NCBI GenBank assembly: GCA_951406725.2
Contig: OX597814.1
Span: 201,686,001 to 201,750,000, forward strand
Source: Octopus vulgaris
Lineage: Eukaryota
Reading direction: 5' to 3'
Length of the DNA stretch: 64,000 nt
Position numbers and translations under genes: made by a program. A model generated the notes under the pieces. That model was not told the DNA's origin. It was given only the letters and a program-made list of their open reading frames with translations, and did not search any database. Shown here piece after piece: positions 41,623-55,020 of this stretch (positions within the stretch are counted from its first letter, which is position 1; each line of letters starts with the position of its first letter).

Positions 41623-43257
41623 AATATACATATATACATAAATATACATATATACATAATTGTGTGTGTGTGTATATACTTATTTATTTACGTTGAGAAG
41701 AAATAGATTTTATATTTAGAAGTGATGTAATGATCTTGTAAATTTTATTCTCTTGGTTTTTGCTAATACATTTTGTACAGCATCCTCACTTGTATCTCTC
41801 TATACGGAATAACAATTTTTTCGCAAATACACAAATGTGCATTACTAAAGTTTCCATTCCTATGTTCTTTCGGGCTGGAGTTTTGTTGTAAGGAAACTAT
41901 TTAATCAATGTCTGCGTTGTTTGGCTATTAATATAAGAAAATATATATTATCAGCTACTAAAATGACCAGCCATGCAGAAGGCAAAAATACTATTGAAAA
42001 ATTCAACGATAAAAATGAAATTGACTGAAAAACCCGTCATTCCGCCTCCACCACCACCACCACCACTATTGCTGGCATCACCACCACCACCACTACCATC
42101 ACCACCATCATCGTCATCATCATTAGCAGCAGTTATAGCCTGTTGTATTTTTTCAATAGTTTCCTGTGTGTTTTTCTCTTTTTTGCTTTGTGTCTAATTC
42201 AGTTATATTCCAGTCCAATACTATAAAACCATATGCTTATGGCTGGTGATGTAAACGTGTTAATGGCATTTATAATGTCATTGCTATTGAAATGTGTTTT
42301 TATATCTGTTATTCTCCTAGTTAGAAGCCATCTCGGTACTTGTTCCAAGTGATTTAAGACAGTTTTTAAAAGCTGATGAAATCTGGTTTTGGAGTTTGTA
42401 TTTTTTTAAACAACACCCAACCTTTTCTCTTCTTTTATACTGTTTTTTTTCTTTTTTTTTGCTGAAACAAGTTTTAGATCATAAAGAGAAACAGTTTTGG
42501 AAGATGATAGTTTAAAGTTTACAATTTGTATTGTTGTCACCAACTTTACTAAACAATTTCTATTTTTTAAATATTTTATCAAATTTATTTTTCAAAAATA
42601 ATTTTTTAAATGATATTATTTTTTTGTCCTTATTATTTCACTATATTTTCTATAGAATATTTGGAAGTTATTTTCAGACACGTGGTTCTGAGTATGTCCA
42701 ATAATTCTCTGTTTATCACCTTCTTAAATCTATTCTATCATTACAGAGCTGCATAAAAGAACACCCAAGCTGGTGCCACATAAAATGCACCCAGTACACT
42801 CTGTACAGGGGGTTGGCATTAGAAAGGACATCCAGCTGTAGTAGCTATGCCAAAGCAGATGACTGAAGCTTGGTGTTGCTCTCTGGCTTGTCAGCTTCTC
42901 TCAACCCAACCAACCCATACCAGCATAGAAAATAGATGTTAAATGATGGTGATGCTGATGAGGATCAGTGGTTACACTAAGTTCAAATCTCGTTAAGGTG
43001 AACTACAGCTTTCTTCCTTCCGGGATTTTTTAAGAGAGTACTGCTTTGGTGTCAATAAGACGAAGTACCAGTTATGTACCAAGGTCAATTCATTCAAATC
43101 CACTCTTGTTATTTTTATGCCAAAATCAGAAATTGTTAGAGACGGATTGGTCCTATCATTAGAGCACAGAAAAAGATGTTTTACAGTACTGGTTCTGGGT
43201 CTTTACAATCTTAGTTCAAATCCCATTGTGATCAGCTTTGATTTTATTTCTTTAGAG

Positions 43258-43802
43258 CATGAATCACCAAAGTTATTTCATGGTGAGCCAGATAACTGAG
43301 AGAAAGATGAGCATGGGCTGCATAACCATTTTGCTGAATACAATACAGTGAATATACAAAACATAAAGACAACCAACATTATTTATTTACCCAAAAGGTT
43401 ATCAAAGAAGGCAACATTAGCAATAAGATCGTTATATCACACCCAGTGCACACATATCTGAATCTCACAAACTAAGCAGCAAGAAAAGATTAGTGAGGTT
43501 TGTGAAACTGGTGTGTTTAGCTTTTAAGATATCATCAATATTTGCTTTGGAATTGCTGCATCCAACCAAGAGAAATGCTTCCAAATGTTCATCAGTCAAC
43601 CTCGTTCGATGTGCTGACTTCACATTCTTCATTTTTGAAAATGTTTGCTCACAGACATAAGTTGTTCCAAACATTGATGCCATACCAGAGGCAAATGAAC
43701 TCTCATTGCAGGTACTTACAAAAATGTTAGTGCTGTTGCAGGCCAGATGAACTGACCTCGTGGGCTGGATCCACCCCACAAGCCATTGTTTGGTGATGCC
43801 TA
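43258..43802 (-). mobile_element. Internally deleted hAT (SPIN/Buster-like) transposon with perfect 8-bp TSD
   Basis: TSD ctttagag at 43250-43257 and 43803-43810; TIRs catgaatcaccaaa / tttggtgatgccta; peptide SMFGTTYVCEQTFSKMKNVKSAHRTRLTDEHL (hAT dimerisation domain). Inserted into a decayed SINE. Confidence 0.9.
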
Positions 43803-44114
43803 CTTTAGAGTAAATATAATAAAGTACCAATCTGCTCCTGGTGTCAGTATAACCAGCTAGTTCTCTTTTCTAAATTTCTGGGCATGCTCCTATATTTCAA
43901 ACAATTGTTAGAGGTGAATGGCAGAATATGGATAGAGCTGGACAAAATACCTGGGCTATTTATTTGCATAAAGTTAGATTGTGAGTCTAAATCCTTCCAA
44001 TCAATAAAACAAAACAAAAAATCCAACCAATTCCTCTGTTATTATAATTGTCTGTTTCTTCCAAATCAAATATATGGTCTTGGGTCTATGTTAGAAATCA
44101 ACATCATTATTATT

Positions 44115-44345
44115 ATTTTCTCTGCCTTTGTGAAGGCAGAGGTATTGTTTTCAGTCGCATTTGTTTGTTTGTCCATGAACAAGATATCTCAAGAACCGCT
44201 GGATGTATTTGGATGAAACTTTCAGGGATATTTGGCTTCATGACTGGCCCAAACGGATTAGATTTTGGGATCGATCAGGTACCGACCAAGAATTTTGGAT
44301 TATTTTTCCTGTTTTTTTTACTTAATTTTTGAGAGTGGTCAGGAG
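44115..44345 (+). mobile_element. Helentron-associated (HINE/DINE-1-like) element, 5' part
   Basis: 5' palindrome ctctgcctt-tgtg-aaggcagag, then (GTTT)n and a core homologous to 62786-62985. Confidence 0.7.
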
Positions 44346-44673
44346 GTGACACAATGCAAGCATGTTATTTACATATAAGTGTATGTACATACATGTGCAC
44401 GTGTATATACAAATAAAGTGAGGAAGAGATAGATGGGATCCCAATAACAACTCTCATGGGAACCCCACAAACAACTCATGAAATCATGATGCAACACAAC
44501 AAGGAAAAAATTAATGGTAAGAATGAAACCATAGCTGATCATGGTGAAGGTTTACTGCTCAGCACATCCAAAATGGCCCGCATCAGGGGCAGTGATCTGG
44601 CCTCGGACAGTCGTTATGTCATAACAGATCACATACACGGTGTGTGCAAAAACAGACATAAGTGGACGAAGGG

Positions 44674-44730
<57 letters not shown>

Positions 44731-44731
<1 letters not shown>

Positions 44732-45693
44732 TATGTTTGACTTTTGCTTTATGTCTGTACAAGTTGGCTCCAAGTCTCACCCAGAGACCTCAAGAGACAA
44801 CAGGTTGGAAGTTATGTGCCATATATTTGGGGGGGGGGGGGTTCCCTTTTTTTTTGGTGTTGTACTAGTGAATGTCTAATACATAAAAATAAAATTAAAA
44901 AAATAAAATAAAAATAAAAAAAGGTTGTTTTAAACCTTGGGATTACATAGAGAGTATTTTGCGTAGGATATGAGCAGTTCCCATGAGCACTATCTTTTGA
45001 ATTTCTGCCATTTTGGGGTTTCCTGGTATCTGAGTTAGGTAGCAATCAGTCCCTTTCGCTATCATTCCCAGGGCACCTGACAACAGGTATTGTTTTAGTC
45101 TTCAGCTTCCACATTTTGCTGATTTCTATTTCAAGATCTTTATATTTGCTCAGTTTTTGGTAGGTCTTGACAGATATGTTTATATCGATTGGGACAGTCA
45201 TATCAATGAGGAGGCATGTTCTTTGCCTGAAGTCTTTCAATATGATGTCTGGCCTATTTGCATCTATCTTCCTGTCAGTTTGAATGGTGAAGTTCCAGAG
45301 GAGTGAGATGTGGTCATTTTCAAGCACTGGAGGTGGATTGTGTTCCCACCAGTTTTTTTCATGGGGCAAATCCATGTTTTTGCAAATTACCCAGTGAATA
45401 TATTGTGCAGCTCTATCATGCCTACTGAGGTACTCTGTAGGCGCTAGAAGACTGCATTTGGAGACAACATGATCAATGGTTTCATTTTGTTGTCGGCATA
45501 CACGACACGTTGGACTGCTGCTGATCTTTAATATGTTGGCCTGGTAGTTTCTTGTTGGTAGGCATTGATCTTGAGCTGCTATGATAAACCCCTCTGTTTC
45601 AGATTTTAAGCCAGAGGCCATTAGCCATTGATGGGTCAGGGCTGTGTCGATATCTGCATTATTCACTCTCTTTGGGTATTTGCCATAGAGAGG

Positions 45694-45697
<4 letters not shown>
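44731..45697 (-). mobile_element. 5'-truncated R4/Dong LINE with well-preserved CCHC and RLE domains
   Basis: ORF 45046-45666: ETEGFIIAAQDQ, CRVC..ETIDHVVSKC, RHD, RPDII, LID, KLSKY.DL; (TAA)n arrays on both sides. Confidence 0.92.
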
Positions 45698-45787
<90 letters not shown>

Positions 45788-45831
45788 CATCATCATCATC
45801 ATTCTTATTATTATTATTATTATTATTATCA

Positions 45832-45874
<43 letters not shown>

Positions 45875-45966
45875 CATCATCATTATCATCATCATCATCA
45901 TCATCATTATTATTATTATTATTATTATTATCATCATCATCATTATCATCATCATCATCATCATCA

Positions 45967-46000
<34 letters not shown>

Positions 46001-46233
46001 CATTATTAAACTTTGGGGGAGAGGATCAGTTGATTAGATTAACTCCAATACACAACTGGTACTTAATTTATCGACCCTGAAAGGATGAAAGGCAAAGTCG
46101 ATCTTGGCAGAATTTAAACTCAGAATGTTTCAGCAAACAAAATACTGTTAAGCATTCTGCCCAGCATACTAACAGTTCTGCCAGCTTGCCACCTTGAGTT
46201 TTGCACCAATAATAGAAAGAATTATTCTTATCG

Positions 46234-47465
46234 GTGTTGTTGGACCTAAGAAGCATCAGTTGCGGTGTGCAAGAGAGACGTTTGCGCTGGTATGGCCATG
46301 TGGCGAGAATGGATGAAGATAGTTGTGTGAAAAAGTGCCACACCCTAGCTGTTGAGGGAACCTGTGGAAGAGGCAGACCCAGGAAAACCTGGGATGAGGT
46401 GGTGAAGCACGACCTTCGAACTTTAGGTCTCACCGAGGAGACTAGAGACCGAGACCTTTGGAAGTATGCTGTGCGTGAGAAGACCCGGCAGGACAAGTGA
46501 GACCATCACCCATGGCCTCAGTCCACTTATGCATACCTTTCCTTCTTGGGACACAAAACCCTACTTGTGAAGACCTGTTGAGGCAAGTGAAAATCAAAAA
46601 ATCAATGGAAATTGTAGCTGTGATACTAGTGCTAGTGGCACATAAGAGAACCATTCAGACGTGGCCGTTGCCAGTGCCGCCCTGACTGGCTTCCGTGCCG
46701 GTGGCACATAAAAAGCACCATCCGATCATGGCCATTGCCAGCCTGGCCTGGCCTCCATGCCGGTGGCACGTAAAAAGCACCATCTAATCGTGGCCGTTTG
46801 CCAGCCTTGCCTGGCCTCCATGCCGGTGGCACATAAAAAGCACCATCCAATCGTGGCCGTTTGCCAGCCTTGCCTGGCCTCCGTGCCGGTGGCACGTAAA
46901 AAGCACCATCCAACCGTGGCCGTTTGCCAGCCTTGCCTGGCCTCCATGCCGGTGGCACATAAAAAGCACCATCCAATCGTGGCCGTTTGCCAGCCTTGCC
47001 TGGCCTCCATGCCGGTGGCACATAAAAAGCACCATCCAATCGTGGCCGTTTGCCAGCCTTGCCTGGCCTCCATGCCGGTGGCACATAAAAAGCACCATCC
47101 GATCATGGCCATTGCCAGCCTGGCCTGGCCTCCATGCCGGTGGCACGTAAAAAGCACCATCCAACCGTGGCCGTTTTCCAGCCTCGCCTGGCCTCCATGC
47201 CGGTGGCACGTAAAAAGCACCATCCAACCGTGGCCGTTTTCCAGCCTCGTCTGGCACCTGTGCCGGTGGCACGTAAAAAGCACCCACTACACTCATGGAG
47301 TGGTTGGCATTAGGAAGGGCATCCAGCCATAGAAACATTGCCAGATCAGACTGGGCCTGGTGCAGCCTTCTGGCTTCCCAGACCCCAGTTGCACCGTCCA
47401 ACCCATGCCAGCATGGAAAGCGGACGCTAAACAATGATGATGATGATGATGATGATGATGATGTT
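46234..47465 (+). mobile_element. 5'-truncated RTE-clade LINE with minisatellite-bearing 3' UTR and (GAT)n tail
   Basis: RRLRWYGHVARM...GRGRPRKTW C-terminus. The 3' UTR end (ggcattaggaagggcatccag...aaacaatgatgat) recurs more than 12 times in the window. Confidence 0.92.
46631..47290 (+). repeat. 62-63-bp tandem repeat, 10 units plus one degenerate unit
   Basis: gccggtggcac at 46697, 46759, 46822, 46885, 46948, 47011, 47074, 47136, 47199 and 47262. Confidence 0.95.
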
Positions 47466-47552
47466 GTTGTTATTCCAATGATGTTGTTTTTATTAAATGG
47501 TTTTCCTATAAAATTGAACATTGTCTTTGTGTTTTGTTTATTTGCAGAGTTT

Positions 47553-47953
47553 TGCTGTAATTCTCTTTCAGAGATTTAGACATGCAATATTTCTAAATTT
47601 GTAGATCCGTGAATTTATTTCACTTGATATTCTATAAGTTTTCAACAGCGATTTAGCCCTGACAGCTAGCAAAGCCAAGCTACTCCAGATTAATGAAGGG
47701 CAACTATCCTGAAACTAGTCTCTGGGTGCTGGCTTTGTTGGGTGGAGGTGCTTATCTCCGCTGTTTGAAAGCTTAAGAATACAGAACACTTGTGTTGCAT
47801 AGCCAACTAGAAACAGTGCTCCTTGGGGCTAAATAACAGTAGCATTTTCCCCTTTCCTGGGACAGCCACATTAAGTTGGCAACAAACCATCACTTTATCA
47901 TGCTGCTACTGCATAACTCTCTCTGAGAGATTTAGAAATGCAATATTTCTAAT
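47553..47953 (+). mobile_element. Retrozyme-like element family 2: ~356-bp monomer with ~40-bp terminal redundancy and a decayed HHR
   Basis: gagatttaga.atgcaatatttctaa at 47571 and 47927; HHR fold lies between them. Confidence 0.6.
47668..47739 (+). ncRNA. Minimal type I HHR motif with mutated core
   Basis: CCAGA-UUAAUGA-AGG-gcaacuau-CCU-GAAAC-UA-GUC-UCUGG; stem I extends via agcaaagcc/ggcuuuguu; palindromic stem III ACUAGU. Confidence 0.65.
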
Positions 47954-48894
47954 TTCAAATTTTTTCTGTTGTCTTGAAAGCATTCTATATAATACGTGTG
48001 TTGCGGTGCCTTTTCTGTATGTTTTATGTATGTCACTCTCCTAAAGAGCTTCATCATGTGTTTGTATATTATTTATCTTTCCCAAGATACCCATTAATTC
48101 CTCCACTTCCTCCTCTTCATCATCATTATCATGATGATCATCATCATCACCTTCTTCTTCTTTCCCATCTTTCCCTTCTTTCCCTTCTTTCTCTTCTTCT
48201 TCTTCTTCTTCTTCTCTTCTTCTTCGTCTTCTTCTTCTTCTTCTTCTTCTTCTTCTTCTTCTTCTTCTTCTTCGTCTTCTTCTTCTTCTTCATCTTCTTC
48301 TTCTTCTTCTTCTTCTTCTTCTTCTTCTTCTTCTTCTTCTTCTTCTTCTTCTTCTCCTCGATGTTGCTATTCTTGTTGTTCTTCTTTTTCTTGTTGCTAT
48401 CATGATCATCATCATTATCATCATCCTCATCACCTTCTTCTTACCCTTCTTTCCCTTTTTCTCTTCTTCTTCTTCTTCTTCATCTTCTTCCTCATGTTGC
48501 TATTCTTGTTGTTCTTCTTTTTCTTGTTGCTATCATGATCATCATGATCATCATGATCATCATCATGATCATCATGATCATCATCATGATCATCATCATC
48601 ATTACCTTCTTCTTCTTTCCTTTCTTTTCCTTTTTCTTCTTCTTCTTCTTCTTCTTCTTGTTGCTATTCTTGTTGCTCTCCTTGTTGCTACTAAGCTGGC
48701 AGAATTATCAACACATCAGACAAGATGCCTCCTAACATTTCACCTGAAACTTTACATTCTAAGTTCAAATCCCACAGAGCTGAAGTTTGTCTTTCCTCCT
48801 TTTGGGCCCACTAAGAAAACATACCAATCAAGTCCTGGCGGGAGGGGGTCGATACATTTGACTAACTCCCTTCCTTGAAAAAACTGCTGAGCTG

Positions 48895-50245
48895 ATGCCA
48901 AAATTCATAGTATTCCGTTTGGTTCAGGTTCGGTCTTATTCCTGGTAGAATTTATGTGGGTAGCAGGTTGCTACCTGTAATTTTAAATATCCACAAGCTT
49001 TTCAATAACCTCTCAAGTGCTCAAAACCCCTCAAATAATCTTTCTTGCCCCCATGATGCAAACCTTCCATAGAAGCTCTAGAGGCCAATTTAATTCTTTT
49101 TAATTCTTTTACTTGTTTCAGTTATTTGACTGCAGCCATACTGGAGCACTGCCTTTAGTCAAACAAATCGACCTGCAGGACTTATTCTTTGTAAGCCCAG
49201 TACTTATTCTATTGGTCTCTTTTGTTAAACTGCTAAGTTACAAGGACATAAACACACCAACATCAGTTGTCAAGTGATGTTAGAGGGACACACACAAACA
49301 CATGCATATATATGCATATATATATATATATATATATATGACAGGTTTCTTTCAGTTTCTGTCTACCAAATCCACTTACAAGGCTTTGGTCAGCCAAAAA
49401 ATATAGTAGAAGACACTTGCCCAAGGTGCCATGTAGTATGACTGAACCCAGAACCACGTGGCGGGTAAGCAAGCTTCTTACCACACAGCTATGCCTATAC
49501 CTGTGCTATGCCTATTCCTATATTCCACTTTATTCCATTTCCTTCAGCTTTTTGTCTATATCTTTGCTTACAGTTCTCAATGCACGAATTATTACAGGCA
49601 CTACTTTTACAATTTTCATATTCCAAATTCCCATAATCTCAAATTTTAAGGGATTGTGTTTTTTTTTATTTTTTGTCATTTTTTTTTTTTACAATCTTGC
49701 TATGAAACAGATATAATGGATCAATTAATAGACAACTTCACTTTTCCTCGTCTATTATTGTTATATCCGGTTTACCATTTTCTAGATTCTTATCCGTCTG
49801 AATAGGAACATCCCATAAAATCTTGCATATCTCTGACTCAAGCATTCTTTTGACCCAATCATCATCATCATCATCATTATCGTTTAACACCTGCTTTCCA
49901 TGCTACCATGGGATGGACGATTTGACTGAGGTCTGGAGAACCAGATGGCTGCACCAGACTCCAATCTGATCTGGCAGAGTTTCTACATCTGGATGCCCTT
50001 CCTAATGCCAAGCACTCCAGTTTCAAATCCCCATTTGTAACGAAGTTTCCAGTGCAAAACTTTCACAATCTTAGCCACGCCTTTATTTCTTATATTCTCC
50101 CTGGGCTAAAACATTCTGCAACAATGTGTACCATTTTTTCATCCCAGATCCCTCACTACATTTTGCTGACACCTTCTCCCCGTACACATATTTTCTCAAG
50201 TTTGTTCGTTTTTAATGCTTGGTCTTGAAAATATATTTGGCCATA
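48895..50245 (-). mobile_element. Old R4/Dong LINE 3' portion, interrupted by a SINE A (49100-49500) and an RTE tail (49858-50020)
   Basis: Collinear pieces QDQALKTN, HIVAEC, KVLHWKL, KILWDVPIQTDK..KPDITII, LLID, KVVPVII and LELLWKVC. Confidence 0.75.
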
Positions 50246-50377
50246 GCTTACCAACCACATGGTTCCGGGTTCAGTCCCACTGCGTGACACCTTGGGCAAG
50301 TGTCTTCTACTATAGCCTCGGGTTGACCAGAGCCTTGTGAGTAGATTTGGTAGATGGAAACTGAAAGAAGCCCATCG

Positions 50378-50410
<33 letters not shown>

Positions 50411-50989
50411 GTATATATATATATGTATATATATATATGTATGTGTGTGTATATGTTGGTGTGTCTGTGATTCTCCCCCCAACATCGCTTGACAACCGAT
50501 ACTGGTGTGTTTATGTCCCTGTAACTTAGCAGTTCAGCAAAAGCGACTGATATAATAAGTACTAGGCTTCTAAAGAATAAGTCCTGGGGTCTATTTGCTC
50601 GACTAAAGGCGGTGTTCCAGCATGGCCACAGTCAAATGACTGAAACAAGTAATAGAGAATAATAGAGAATAGCTTGGAAATAGGTGAGGAATGATGACAG
50701 GAAGGACGTCTCGCTATAGAAAATCTACCTCAACAAATTTAATCTGAACCATGCAAGTATGGATATGGAATGGAAATGGTTAAACGTTGATGATGAGGGG
50801 GATGATATTGAAGTTGATGCTGATGAATTAAAAAGTGAAGTTAATCTAGCAAGCCAAGTGGCTGTAAATGTTGCTTAAGGCTTGAACAATGAAGAGAAGG
50901 AGAAATGCTATAAGTGTTATGTGTAGAGTGAACACTGAAATGCCACGAAATGTTAAGGGATATGGGCAAAGGGAAAGTAAGGAGAACCA

Positions 50990-51210
50990 CTGGGAAAACA
51001 AGTGGTGTTTGGGCTTGGCTAAAACAGAGAAAATCAGTGAAACAAACCAGTTAATCACATCTGCCGCTAGTGTTGTAGCTGGCATGATAGGATTACAAGC
51101 CGAAACCTGAAGAAAAGAAGGGAAATGAAAACAAAGAACCAACCTAGAGGAAGAGAATACAGATGAAGATGGAAGAGACATGGAAAGAGACTGGGGCAAT
51201 TGAATAGGAT
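50990..51210 (+). pseudogene. Possible R4/Dong ORF N-terminal relic
   Basis: ISETNQLITSAASVVAGMIG...KEPT*RKRI resembles the TNxLIYAAAxV...PxWKRR region; heavily decayed. Confidence 0.4.
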
Positions 51211-53268
51211 AATGAGAGGAGAGATCAAGAATGTGGTAGTAATCAGAAAATTGAATGGACAGTAAGGTTAGAACATACAAACATGGAAAAGTGGACAGGA
51301 AAAGGAAACTGATGATAATTATAAATACCATTGTCGTTTTTGCTGGTTCTTACCATGGCAAGACATAGTTTTGATAAGTTCCAAAGATTTTGGATTATTA
51401 CCATGTTCTTACTGAATGAGAATTATTTCTTTTCAGATTATTTCATAAAAAAATCATTCTAGAAAACCCAAATATGTGTTTTCCATATTGTTAGGCTCTT
51501 TAAGGTCTACATTTTATTTTGAATTTTGTTTTTTAGCGATTTATCTTTTGTGTCTCATTTGCGAACACTTATCAAAAATAACATTTACAAGGACGACTAC
51601 AACAAGAAGAAGAGGGAATGTTCTCAAAAGAAATAATGAACAGACCATATTTTACGAACAAAAAAATATAGGAAAAAAAGTTTAACTGTAATAAATGCAG
51701 AAACATGTACAGCTCAGTAAACAATTATTCCATGGATATTATTAATATTTTAACAAAATGTGCACAACACTGTTAATTGTAACAATAATAACAACAAAAA
51801 CATTCGTACAGCTGCCAAGCAAAAGTATAAATAAAAATATTTTTGGAAAAGTCAAATAACATTTATGTTGTCAGCACAACAGTAATGCTGACATAAATTT
51901 ATATAAAAGAAGTAGTTTGGTAGAATTACATGACAAGAGACAATACCTCCTTGCTTGAGGTCTCTATCCCAGGAATAGTAACAAGGGCAGTCACATATCT
52001 ATATAATTGAAAAGGCTTGTCAGCAGCTTAGGTGTTGGATTAAGCAAGAAAAGGCTCATAATTCTGTTATCAACCAAACTATAGCCCTCAAGGCATATGA
52101 TTGAGGGTTCAATTCTCAGACAGGTGTATGTTGTGTTCTTGAGCTAAACACATCATTTCACATTGCTCCAGTCCACTCAGCTGTAAACGGACCACCCTGC
52201 AACAGAATAGTCTTCCAGTCAGGAGGAATGTTGACCTGCTTAACTCGCCAGTGAGGTGGCATCATTTGAAAGCTAAAACAATGTGAAGTGCATTGTGACC
52301 AGCGATGTATATCCCAGAAATAGTAACGTGGGCAGTCACATATCTATGTAATTGAAAAGGCTTGTCAGCAGCTTAGGAGTTGGATTAAGCTAGAAAAGGC
52401 TCATATTTTCCATTATGATTTTCACTTTGTGAATCTCTGAAAATATATTAATGTGATTCAGAATTAACAAGTAATTTTATACGAGTATCTGTGTAACAAG
52501 AGACAATACCTCCCTGCTTGAGGTCTATAGTTTAGTTGATCACATGATACCATGTTTTACCATTGTGAATCATTGGCTGAATCATTGAAGCATCAAATTG
52601 ACACCTTGGTGACATTTATTCCAATTCTCTATATCCTGTCTTGAAATGTTGATGTGGATAGTTTTGCTTTTCATTCTTTTGGAGGTCCATAAAATTATTT
52701 CTTTACTACCCACACAGAAAGGACAAACAAGGACAGACAAAGGGACTAAGCTGATTATATCGACCCCAGTGCGTAACTGGTACTTAATTTATCGACCCCG
52801 AAAGGATGAAAGGCAAAGTCGACCTCGGTGGAATTTGAACTCAGAACATGATGGCAGATGAGATATGGCTACGCATTTCACCTGGCATGCTAACATTTCT
52901 GCCAGCTCACTGCCTAAGCATTCAAACCGATGCTCTGACGTCTGTCCATAAAATATTAACTATTCAAGGATGTTGGGTTGGTGGAATTGATGGAGTACCA
53001 GATGAAATGCCATGTTGAATCTGTTCATGTTCTTTTTGTCTCCTGAGTTCAAATCCCACCTTCTGTATCCATAAAAAAGAACATTAGCACTTCTGTTAAG
53101 AGATATTACCAACAGATATTAACAATAAAGAGATGAATGGAAATACGGTTTACTTGCTTATGCTGCAGCCATGCACACAAACACTCTGATATTCTATTGT
53201 AAAATTCAGCACCAGGGCACTTGACTTTATCCTTTTATATCAACCACTCTTTATATGCTCTTTATATA

Positions 53269-54543
53269 CAGGGGCTGGACAAAATAATGGAAACACCTAG
53301 CATCATAGCATCATAATTTTAAAGTATCTATAAAATCGTCAAACGCTTGTTTGTTTTTTGTTTTTTTATTTATTATTAGTGTTGCTTAATATGTTTTGCT
53401 AAAATTGCTGTTTCCTTTAAGATATCATCAGAAAAAGGTAATTAAAATTCATTAAAATAATAGATCTAGTGGGCTTTCAAAGAGGTCAAATTGTTGATGT
53501 TTGTATGGTAGATGCTAGTGTAATGAAAACAGCCAAAATATTTGGTGTATCAAGAAGTACTGTCTCGAAAGTAATGACAGCCTTTGAGAAAGACAGAAAA
53601 ACCTCCTCATCGAAACAAAACTCTGGAAGAAAACCAAAACTTTTAGATAGGGACCATCGGACTCTTACGTGAATTGTTAGAAAGGATCACAAAAGTACAG
53701 CTCCCAAAATTACTGCAGAGCTTAATGACCACCTCAAGAACCCAGTTTCCACAAAACTGTTTGCCAGAAGGTGCACAAAGCCAGATTTCACTGGAGGGCT
53801 GCAATCAGAAAACCACTACTTCCAAAAACAAACGTTGCAAAGCATTTAGAGTCGAGTAAAAACCTACAGAATTGGTCCCTAGAGCAATGGAAGAATGTTA
53901 TTTTCTTGAACAAGTCATCCTTTACCTTATTTCCGACCACTGGCTGAGTATACATGTGGAGACAACCAAAAGAAGCATTTGGCCCAAAATAACTTCTTCC
54001 AACTGTTACACATGGAGGAGGATCAGTGATGATCTGGGGTGGGGGCTATATTTTGGAAATACACCGGCCCAATGGTTTCCCTTCATGGCAGAATTAATAG
54101 TCAAGACTATTTAAGCATTTTATCTCATCAAATTCATCCTATGGTTGCAGAACCGTTTCTAGAGGGAAACGCAATCCTTCAGGATGATAATGCACCAATT
54201 CACATAGCTAAAGTTATTACTGAATGGCACAAGGAACATTCTAGTAAAGTTGAAAATCTTATCTGGCCACTACAGTCCCCAGATCTCAATATTATCGAAC
54301 ATTTATGATGCATTTCAGAAAAACAAGTAAGGAGTCAATATCCTCTACCATCATCACTACAAGAACTGGAGACTGTTTTAACCGAAGAATGGACAAAAAT
54401 TCCTTTGGAAATAATTCAAACTTTGTACAAGTCCATACCTCATAGAATTCAAGCTGTAATTACTGCCAAAGGCGGTCCTACACCATATTAAAATAAATTT
54501 GCTTCAAATTTTAAGGTATTTCCATTATTTTGTTCAATCCCTA
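53269..54543 (+). mobile_element. Full-length Tc1-family transposon, DD36E spacing, transposase pseudogenised (~53457-54491)
   Basis: TA flanks; TIRs caggggctggacaaaataatggaaacacct / aggtatttccattattttgttcaatcccta; SGRKPKL, VMIWG, QDDNAPIH...WPLQSPDLNIIE, KGGPTPY*; several stops and frameshifts. Confidence 0.93.
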
Positions 54544-54562
54544 TATGTATATATATATATAT

Positions 54563-55020
<458 letters not shown>

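Noticed and set aside
44456-44672. ORF ending RHKWTK, reminiscent of a Dong N-terminal motif
   Set aside because: A single short motif is insufficient for a call.
46631-47290. CRISPR-like regular array and its 150-245-aa repetitive ORFs
   Set aside because: Units are contiguous with no unique spacers, lie in an RTE 3' UTR, and there are no cas genes; the ORFs reflect the 63-bp period.
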